The translations under genes and the position numbers were made by a program. From the NCBI GenBank assembly GCA_973895155.1, contig OZ316896.1:4717925-4781924 (forward strand): a stretch of DNA of 64,000 bases. Reading direction: 5' to 3'. Shown here piece after piece: positions 54,001 through 64,000 of this stretch (position 1 is its first letter; every line of letters begins with the position of its first letter). The notes under the pieces were generated by a model, which saw only the letters and a list, made by a program, of their open reading frames with translations, was not told the origin of the DNA and did not search any database. This stretch comes from Marsupella aquatica (Eukaryota; Plantae; Marchantiophyta).

Positions 54001-55794
54001 ATGATCCCAACGGCAGAGCAACCCAAAGAAGGGGAGGAAAAGAGTGGAAAAGTCCCCAAGAAAAAACAAGCCAAGAGGGCCCAAACCAAGAGCCGACCAA
54101 AAAGTGACCTATGAAGGAGCCATGAAGGCTAACACCCTACTGAGCGGAGAACTGAAAAGCATGGTAAAGCTCTGGAGTAAACCACAAAGGAGGGTCCCAG
54201 AGCGGAACTTGGCGGGAGGCCCTGACACCAAGGCAAGTCTGCACGCAATAAAACCCGACGGTCAAAGAGCAAAAATGCAGCGAGCGCAAAAAGGAACGGA
54301 CAAGTGTCAGCCCAGGATTGGGGCCGGCCGCATGCGAGGCCACCAATCCTAAAGGAGGCCGGGGTGGGGGGGGGGCAAGGTCACCCCCGGTGAGTGACCC
54401 CTGAGAGGCAAGGCCAAAGGGCCAGCATTAATTGCTCCTGCCCAGCGGGAGGCTCCTTGCCCTCCGAGCCACGCCGTCCGTGCAGCGCCTGGCCCGGCCC
54501 GCAGCGCCTCCGCGTGCTCAGCTCCTCTCCGCCTCCGTCTTCGCCTCCAAAAAACTCGTTATGTACCAAAATATTTATCTTGTAGATAAAGCCCTGGGCC
54601 CTCACTCTGTGCAAAAGAAGTGGACACCCTGCAATCGGGCCCTTTTTACCCCTTGTTATTTTCATTTTATTATAAAAAGTTCCTTTATTATAATCATTAG
54701 TTCAAAATAAATAAAAGGCCACGTATTAGTTAAGACTGGGCCCAGGGAGATAAAGGTGTTGGTTTGGAGTAACCCCTCCCCCGCCTCACCCACCCAATCC
54801 TCTTTCTTCAAAGTACCAAATCTGTGACCATAGGTCCTCATGCCTTTGATATCCAAATGTATATTACAGAGAAAAAGGGATAGTATCTAGAGAAGGGAGA
54901 CCTACTGTAAGGAGTTCCCTATGATTAAACAACCCTTTTTCTTCAAAATACCATATCTGTGATGTAGGGGTTGGTCGCACCAGGCATTGAATTTAATAAA
55001 GTAAAAATCTTTGTTATGTAAATTAAAATACATCTCAATCACTAAAACTGTTCCAGATTGTCCATAAAGGAACGTCAGAGTGATCTAGCAACTGCTGTAC
55101 ATATTTATCACCTCCCCCTTCACATCACCCCTCCCTTTTGTCCCTTGTCCCCTCACCTCCACTCCTCACAAAAGAACAAAGAAACATCCCTCTTTTCCAC
55201 TCCACTCCCCTCCCCTCCCCTCCCCTCCCCCAACCCTGCCTGGTGCATTAAACAACCAAATATTTGCTTTTATTATTGTTCACTATAACAACACTAAGGC
55301 AACCACAGGTATTGGGCTGATAGTACTGATAAAGCAAACTGAAAATTCTTGCTTTTATAAAGATTAGCATATACAAAGGTTTTGTATTTAACAAGTGCAT
55401 ATAAATAAGGTTAATAGCCTGAAGTGCTTTGCACTTAGGCACCTAGCCACCCCCAAATAATTATGGAAAATGGAGGACATGGGTTTGTAGTTTGCATCGT
55501 ATAACTTTGTGGGTTTTTTGATTGAATGGATCCTGAGAAGAGCTCACCTCAGGCTCCCCCTGAAGAATTTGGGATGCTCCCAGTGTCTCAAGTGAGCTAC
55601 CCATGTCAATTGGATAAATTGTGACCATAGGCCCTAGATTCGCATTAATTACTGGCTGCAGCATTTGCAGTACTTGGTCCTCCCCTCTCCTTCTACCACA
55701 AGAACATTCTGTGAACCTGCAAAAACTGAATTAGAAATTCTGTGAACCCGCATTTTTTCATATTTTGTCCCAATACAAAATAGTTACTGGGAGG

Positions 55795-55900
55795 AAAGAT
55801 CCATAGCCGTAGGATTTGTTTGACTGAAAAAGATCCATAGCCGTAGGATTTGTTTGACTGGGAAAGATCCATAGAGATATGATTTGGATTTGTTTGACTG
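55795..55900. repeat. Short tandem repeat (~34 bp x3)
   Basis: aagatccatagccgtaggatttgtttgactg repeated; third copy degenerate. Confidence 0.8.
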
Positions 55901-57691
55901 TTCTCCATGACAATTGATGGAAGAAATGTCACCCCTAGCACATATGTGCTTCTCAAGCTGCCCCATAAATGCCCCAGTCCTCCTTGCCATGTGCAACACA
56001 TGGGCATTAGAGCCTGGGCATAGGGCTCTAATGATATAAAGACATAAATATGTGTTCAAGCACACACATATTTGTCAGTAGCCCCGTTCAAACTCGGTAG
56101 TAGACTGCCTAGTCGGCAGTTGGAAAGGTATGTGATGGACTATACTGGTACCATGGACTGTTCAGTTAGACAAGAACCATATGTAGGAAGTATACCTAGA
56201 GGATCTAGTTTGCAACAAAACTTTCATGGGGACATCTTACTAACAATTCTCAAAAGAGAAGCTACTTTTAAGGCCTATGGTCTAGAGTGAAGCCTCTAGA
56301 TGGTCACTCCCAATAAAGAAAAATTTGATAATGAGTCTCAACAAGGATGAGACTTAAAATGAGGACGTGACACTGACTCTAAATAAAGACAAAGTTTAGG
56401 GAATGCTGGAGGACCAAAAAAAAGGATGGGCAAAGATGAGCCCATATAGCATAGAAATTGTTTCTTCATATCTTATTTTACCGGGCTAGTCACTTAAAGT
56501 GTTTGTGGCGGGCGGTCAATGAAATCATGAAACGTGTACAGAACATCTTTGGACTGGGATATATTCTTCCCAAAATGAGAAAAAAAGTAGACATAAAACA
56601 AAATTCAATCATTGAGATAAGATAACCAGTTTTGGCTAATGAAATTGATTGAAGCCGTGAAACCGAGGAGCTCTCCGGCCAATCGGAAGTTGCGGCGAAA
56701 CTCGTCTCCAATAGGATCTCAGCCGTCAGCCCCCAAAAGTGGGAAAGCAAGCGGAAAGTCTCAAACTTGGACCGGAAAAACAGACGACTCGAGATCCACA
56801 AGTGACGAGTGTTCTGCTGCTCAAGAAGGACGAAGGGCCGAGTAATGTACCGGGGAAGCTGCAATCGGAGGTCGGGAGATGGATTATTTTATCGACTAAA
56901 AATACGATTGTGGTCTTGCATCCGTGGAGCAAGGAGTGCGAGCCACGAGAGCTCGATCGCGTTACAGCGCGTCAGGAGGAGGGGCGCAAGATTCATGGAA
57001 AACGTGTCGAGAATCATGGTGGTCGTTGTTGAGTCTCTGCGAGGAATATGGCGGAGAGAGATCGTTAAGCCGTTCCGAGTTGCCGAGAGGTACCGTAACA
57101 GCGTTGAGCTAGCTTGGAGTTTGCGTGGGATTTGAGTAGGGAAGAAATTGATATTTGTAATCAGCGATTTCGGAGGAGCGGGTTGGCCGGGCCAGAGCTT
57201 TTATGCTTCGTCGCCGTTTATCTTCTTGTCATCGTTACGGTGGCGAAGTAGGGGAGAAGTGATTGGGATGCCTTGAGCATCGACCAAAGAGTGCACGGTT
57301 TGAGTAGGATTCTCATGCGGAATAGAGGTCGAGGGCGTAATTTATACGACGTTATCTCCTCAACGGGCAACATTAGGAGCACAAGCAGCAAAAAGAAAAC
57401 TACATATCAGTCAGATCCGTTGGCTTGTAAAAACGGAAAACTGAGGGTCCTCACCAATCTCACAAAGTGTTGCAAATCACTGAATCGGCTTTTTTGACGG
57501 GTTTGAGCGTCTACCGAAGATCGAGTGACTCTTTGTAATTCACAGGATTGAGTTTACATCGAGGAGAAGAAATGGCTTTGTAGCAATGGAGTCAATCTCT
57601 AGTTCTTCGAACAATTGTTAACTTCTGTGAACGATCGTGGGGTTACGTGTACATAGTGAGGGGAGCAGGAGAGGAATTATCTTTAATTGCG

Positions 57692-60087
57692 ATGTATTTG
57701 TCACGATGGATTGTGAAACAGCGGAGATTAGGGCTTGGATTGAAAGAGGTTGCCCTTCGCTCTGGGGGGCTCAATGCTAAGAGGAGCATGTGCATGGTCG
57801 TGGCCTTCGACGAGGAGCCACTGGCCGGGGCATCATGCAGAAAGGGAGGATTAACCGGGGCAAGGAAGGATTTGCCTGTGTGGCTTCCGTCCACTACCAG
57901 TCAATCTGCGATGGGATCGATGATCGCTTCCCGCCACCGCGAAAGCCAAGGTACTTTAATGGCTCCCCCCTCTTCCTGTACCAGGATTCTTGTTTCACAT
58001 GGATGTGTGTACTGTTATATACTCAAAGGATATTGACAGCGAACAGGCCAGATTATGATCTCCCTCCCGGAGAAAGAACATAGATTTGACTCAAATAGAC
58101 TTTGGATTTAATACTGAAAAAACTTCTGAGAAATGAGGAACACCTGCACTGATCATAGTCGAGTAGATCGACGAAGAGGAATGACCTTCTTGGATTTTTG
58201 CTAAAATCATTCTTCAGAGGTTTCTGTTTTTCTTGGTCTAAATCGAATTTGACTATTTCGAATCTGGCTTCCAAACTTAGAGCAACGATGTCATAGGAGG
58301 TGTTAAGTAGCCTTCACTCTCACAGTCGATCGAGAATTCTGGCGAGTTGACTATTTTGGACATTCCTCGAGATTTCAATCAGTTTGAGTTATGTAGCTGC
58401 CATCTTTTCCTTTACGCAGTCCCTTGAAAGTGAACTCTGTGTGCATCCTTCCGATCATGTTTCTTAATTTTTTTCGTGCGTTGAATACATCAGCTGTCAG
58501 GATTAACGGGAAGGCCATTGCTGACGAGATCAAGAGGTTTCTGTCTCATGAAGTCTCATCGATGAAGGAGAAAGTAGGAGTTGTGCCAGGTATTGCTGTG
58601 GTTCATGTGGGGGATCGTAAAGACTCAGTACTATACGTACGTGGAAAAGAGGCCGCATGTGCTGAGGTGGGTATCAACTCCTACGTTACTCATATGCCTG
58701 ACTCTGCATCCGAAGCGGAGATTCTGGAAGTGATCGATAAGTGGAATAATGATGCGCGAGTTCACGGCATCCTCGTACAGCTACCACTCCCAAAAGTATG
58801 TAATACATTTTTCCTCATCTTTAAGCTATCTTGGGAATGCCTGCTGTAGTCTGTACTTACGGGCGAAACTTTCTAAAGAAAATGCCTGGCGTACTGTTTC
58901 ATACTGCCAGGTCATAAATTCTTAGTATTGTGTTCCGCAGTCACCCTCTTCTAAAGAAACAGAGTCAATTTATGTACTAATAGCGATACTAATGTCCGCT
59001 TGGTGGCTTTCGCAGCACATCAAACAGGAAAATGTTCTGAAAGGTGTAAGCTTGGAAAAGGACGTGGATGGGTTGCATCCTATCAACCTGGGAAGATTGT
59101 CTGGGCTCAGTAATTCGGACCCTACGTTCGTGCCTTGCACGCCACTTGGCTGTATGGAGCTGTTGGCAAGGCTGGGCATTGAAGTCGAGAAGAAGCAAGC
59201 GGTTGTTATTGGATGCAGTAGTGTCATTGGATTTCCAATTGCTATCCTCCTACAGGTAAACTTGGGCTTTGTAGCCAGCTGAGTTGTGAGGTCGCTTGGT
59301 CGTTTAGCCAGGTCCAACGTGTTGATCTTTGAATGTGTAGGTTTAGATTGTGTAGATAAATTTCATCACTTTCATCAGTGTTTTGTTTAGATGGAATATC
59401 ATTCTTCTTGGCTGGAAAGTCGTGGCAGCAGCAGTTAGTCTGGAGATTGTAGCTTCTGAACTAATGAATGAATGTTATTTATGGCACTTGTTGGACAAGG
59501 CACTCATGAATACTTTATGGGGCTATGCAGAAGAGCAAAGCCGAAGTGACTGTTCTGGAAGTAGGTACTCCCAATCCAGTGGATGCAATACGGAAGGCTG
59601 ACATTGTGATCTCAGCCACAGGTGTACCGGGACTTGTCCGAGGGCATTGGTTGAAACCAGGTGCTGTTGTCATCGATGTTGGTACAAGTGCAGTTAAGGT
59701 ATGTGTGTAGACTTTGCTGGACCTGATCCCCATGCACATTGAAAGAAAGGGCACGTAGGGAACCTACTTGATCATAGCTTTTCAGGGTTTTTGTAATTTT
59801 CATAAGAAGTGGAGACGTTTTTTGATGCATTGGACTAAACGTTTCCAATGAATGTAATTGTGCAGGATCCAGAGATGGAATCAGGGTTTCGTGTGATTGG
59901 GGATGTTTGCTTCGATGAGGCAGCTACGGTTGCCTCTGCCATCACTCCTGTCCCTGGTGGGGTTGGCCCAATGACAATAGCCATGCTACTTTCAAACACT
60001 GTCAAGGCAGCGAGGAGATCATTTGGCCTGACCAGTAGCCAAGGTTATTGCAGTAGCCAAGGTTATTCCTCCTTGTCCATTCAATAA
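57692..60087 (+). CDS. folD: FolD-like methylenetetrahydrofolate dehydrogenase/cyclohydrolase with organellar transit-like N-terminus (exons 57692-57950, 58494-58795, 59016-59255, 59531-59698, 59866-60087)
   Basis: [118 protein letters not shown]; GT-AG junctions with consistent phases. The first exon is less certain. Confidence 0.93.
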
Positions 60088-61516
60088 CAGCTTTTCCATG
60101 TCCTGACTTTCAGGGTCGGTCCGTTAACTGATGAAGATATCAGATTTGATTGGACCTCTGGTTGATTATATCTCGGCCGCACCGGGTGTGTTAGACAAAG
60201 TTGGATATTCCCGGGTGTATTTTTGATATCTAATGGTTGATTAGATGCACCTTTGTAACATAATTTTTAGTACAGCAGTTATCCCTTGAATCGTTTGGAG
60301 CAGAGTTCCACCCATTAGTGGAGTATTTTTATAGGAATGGCAGAAATTATTGTAGAAAGGGGAAGCAACCAGTTTGGGATACAATTTAGGAGGGTATTAT
60401 TTAGAGACACGAGTGGCATCAACATTATGGTTTCTACCTCCGACGTGAGGTTGTCGAGGTTTTGGAAAGAAACCTTAAAATTCAGAGCGCAGAGGATTTT
60501 GCTTTGAACTTCGGCTTTTCAAGTAGGATTACTCTTGAAAAAATGACACGGCTTTTTATCCTCATTTTCAAAGTTGGATGAGGTTTTAGTGCAACGTCAC
60601 AAAATTTTGATGGATACAAATAACAACAGTCATTGTTTTTGGCATTGGTCTTATTTTAAATCAAACTGTGTAAAAAATGTTTTCCCTCTATATCCTGCTT
60701 GACAAATAGACCTCTGCCTTTCACGAATCTGTTGATTCTGAGCGTTGCTTCTCCCAGTCTCCCTCTGTACAATTGCTATTGGTACCAGTCACGTCTTAAC
60801 TTCAAACTGTGTAAAACGAATCCTTTCCTTTCATGCATTACTTAACAAATTTTCTCCGATTTTCAGGAATCTGTTTTGTCTGTGAGTTGCTCCTCTCACT
60901 CTCCCTCTTGTCCTGCTTTGGCACAAACAATTCTTTGCCTTCCTTAGTTGTCCGGGAGACGAGAGCTGGATTAGGACGCACTATTTTTTCAAGTCGACTT
61001 GATGGTAGGCTCTAGATGATTGCCCTCTACGAGTTCGTACCCCTGTCACTCCCTGGTTTTCTTGAGAGAAAAGCGGGAAGAAAAATGACCATTTGTTTTT
61101 TGTCAGGTAGACAGCACGTACATGTGCGAGGCACTAGTGGGAAGTGGTAAAGATCCATTAGTTCGGTTCAGGGTTTTCCGAATTCACGAAACTGATGATG
61201 GACTGTGCATCAGTCTGTCCCAGAATGACATCATCAGCATCTTCCCAGGCTTTTGCCAAACCTCGTCTCAGTCCAATAAACTGTTCCCTTTCTTTGAAGA
61301 CGGTTGTGCTCAGAATGGCGAGGAAATCATGCCAAGATCCCGTGTAGCCCAACTTAGGTCCTGAAGTTGCGAAATCGAAAAGTGTGATCTGCCTTGTTTC
61401 AACATAAAAGTTGGAGATGCAGAAGCCCAGATAACGACTACCCCTGGGAACCAGTGAAATGAGAAACGTAGGCAAATTGCTGCTGTTACTGCTGCTGCCT
61501 TCACTGCGACACAAAA

Positions 61517-61770
61517 CTACCCGTATCCTACTGCTGCAGCTATTGCAACAACCACTGTTACCCGTATCCTACTGCTGCAGCTATTGCAACAACCACTGTT
61601 GGACTCCCCTTGCTACATGGTAAAGACCAGAAATGAAGGACTGTTCTGTCTTGTTTGGCAATCATGTAAAGACCGGCAACAACCACTATTAGACTCCCCT
61701 TCCTACATCGTAAAGACCAGAGTTGGAGGACTGTTCTGTTTTGTTTGGAAATCATGTAAAGACCGGACAT
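61517..61770. repeat. Nested short tandem duplications (41 bp x2, ~90 bp x2)
   Basis: tacccgtatcctactgctgcagctattgcaacaaccactgt x2, then caacaaccact.tt.gactcccctt.ctacat.gtaaagaccag... x2. Confidence 0.85.
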
Positions 61771-62296
61771 TCCTGGAATTTTCCGAGAAACACGATTCCC
61801 GATCATGGAACATTTGCAATCGCTTCTACTTGCGAACTTGCCCTCTCAGCAGATCAAGCACATATGTTAGCAGGACACTCAGCAGGTCACGGGCCTCCTT
61901 GGCTTCCTGCATCGCTTCCTCCTGTTCTCGTGCAAGTGCATGCAACAGGAATCCCCTAGTTCATGTACAGGGGCCGTCACAGCCCCTGTGAGAGGTCGAT
62001 GAGGTTGTTCTGAGGTTTCCGCCATAGCTTTGCAAATTGATGTAGCTTAATTACAAGGTTAAGTTCACAAACCTCTCATAAGGTTTTTCATTTTCATTAA
62101 CTAGCCTGATTACCCTTTTTTGGAACGTTAAAAAACGATGAAGACCAAAAAATCTTGCAAAACAAAGATGCTCTTGTTCATCTTTGCCTCATCCCTCTTG
62201 TTTTTCTCCCTCACTTCTATTTTGTCTTTATTGAGAGTCACTCTTAGTTTTGTCCTTATTTAGAGTCAGTGTCAGTTTTGTTAATCTTTGCTCCAA

Positions 62297-62408
62297 TCCC
62301 TTTGTTTGGTTCACTTTTCAGTTTTGTCCTTTGAAAGTTAGGGTGTAGAGGCTTCCCTTTGTTTGATTCACTTTTCAATTTTGTCCTTTGAAAGTTAGGG
62401 TGTAGAGT
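62297..62408. repeat. Tandem duplication (57 bp x2)
   Basis: tccctttgtttg.ttcacttttca.ttttgtcctttgaaagttagggtgtagag occurs twice. Confidence 0.85.
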
Positions 62409-64000
62409 CTTTGCTCTAGACAATAGCCCTTGAAAGTAGCTTTGCATTGCGCTTTACTAGTACGATAGGGGGCCTCAATATTGAGACTGCGACGATTTTT
62501 TGTTCATCCGTGCCAGGTTCAGCAAAGATGTGGTCAAACAAAGAACAGGAGGCATCCCTGACTCTGGTCTACACACAATAGCCGCGGGAAGTGCTCATCT
62601 TCTGTGAGTTCACATCCTGAGCTCTAAAGCAAAAGCAAGAGGGCTTCGACAAGGAGAGGCAGCCTCATACTCTACTCCTGTCATGTGCATGTCATGGGAC
62701 GTTTCAAATTTAGGTCCCGCAATTGAGTATGACTTGGCGACCTTCTTTCCCGGAAGTGCTGGCACGGTCAAACGGCCATGGCCATCAAAATATTTGCAGC
62801 CTCAAATGAATATTGAGGCCCCCTAAATAGAAGGTGATGTGCTCAAAGTATGCCAAGGACTGCCACAACAAAGACAACGGGTGTACAGAGAAAATTGAAC
62901 CCATGGGGCAGAACATGCACCAACAAAACACCACAATGCATGAGGGCGGCCAAATGGGCCCCAGGGTTACCAATTAAAATAAACCCATGTGGCCAGAACA
63001 CACACCAACCAAACACCACAGTGCCAGAAGCCGCCCTGACAGACCCCAGGTTACAAATTAAAAGCCTTGGGCCAGGAATGGATCAGGGTCAGTCTCAAAA
63101 CTTGATCATGATGTACCTTAATTGCTAGGTTAAGGTTACAGACAGAAAAAGCTACATGCTACCAAATCATGATTCATAACCTTTTGCCATGAAGAATAAT
63201 CATGTGCCATGACCATAAATTAGTGTCTAGGGTACAGAACAAACTTAAAAGAAAACATCGTGAAAAACTTCACAGTTGAGACTTTGAGACAAACTATTGC
63301 AACACTTTTCTGGTGCGCAAACCATGGTCACCCAAGGACTGATTGTGGTGGTTTAATTAGAGGTAATTCTGGTTAGATGTAGTGATAGTACTGTCAATAG
63401 AGGAATATAAAAAGAGTGGCAACCTATAATTTTAAACAAAAAGGGTTGCAATGTAACTCAAACTACTAGAATAAAGGATACCGCTCTTTGTGCCTACTTA
63501 GAAGTATTTTAATAGTAAATTTTTTTAAGAGGGGATGAGGCAGGGAGGCAATGCCTGACAAAACATGCAAATAAGAACCAAAAAATTTGGCACGGGGGCC
63601 GTTGATCGGAGACACGTACAACCAGATGACCCGCCTCCAATCACTCACAGCCTCCTTATGAAATGAAATTTCGGCTGGAACAAACCCAGGCCAGTTGCAT
63701 TCCCTTAATACCTATTTTCCAGAGCACTTAAATTGAGCCAGTGTGCCCTTTCTGTCAAAGAAAGATTGAACTACTGTAGCTGTTCAACTTTATTCTCACT
63801 GCTGTTTCAAAACACTTTTGATTGGACAACACTTTTGGCAAGGATAACACAGCTGCAATGATAACATTGGGGTTTATGTAATAACAAATATACGAACAAG
63901 AAAAAGGTGCCAAGTTAGAGCATTGTTTGCCGTGTGAGCACAGTGAACTGCACTGGACACCCTGAGTGGAGCCTACCAGGGTAATCTTTGAAGGATTTTA

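Noticed and set aside
53960-54620. GC-rich stretch with short ORFs and a G-run
   Set aside because: No domain, termini or duplication visible; probably an unclassified repeat.

Overview
Eukaryotic land-plant nuclear DNA. It has spliceosomal introns and Copia retroelements, and looks bryophyte-like, but the species cannot be determined from the sequence. Left to right: an intronless UFD1/zinc-finger gene; a decayed DUF3504/Crypton-type tyrosine-recombinase gene split by a full-length dead Ty1/Copia element (LTRs, TSD, PBS, PPT), which itself carries an 8-bp-TSD MITE; three BTB/POZ paralogs (one pseudogene); a multi-exon gamma-clade (RDR3/4/5-like) RNA-dependent RNA polymerase with a DLDGD motif; a 1.5-kb foldback element just upstream of it; a ~2-kb segmental duplication with two strongly diverged histone H4 genes plus a frameshifted H2A; an intronless eIF2-beta copy; and a FolD gene whose NADP-phosphate-binding residues are replaced. 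The best leads are the H4 variant pair, the DLDGD gamma-RDR beside a giant hairpin, the Crypton-like recombinase and the possibly cofactor-switched FolD. All calls come from reading motifs by eye; no database searches were run.
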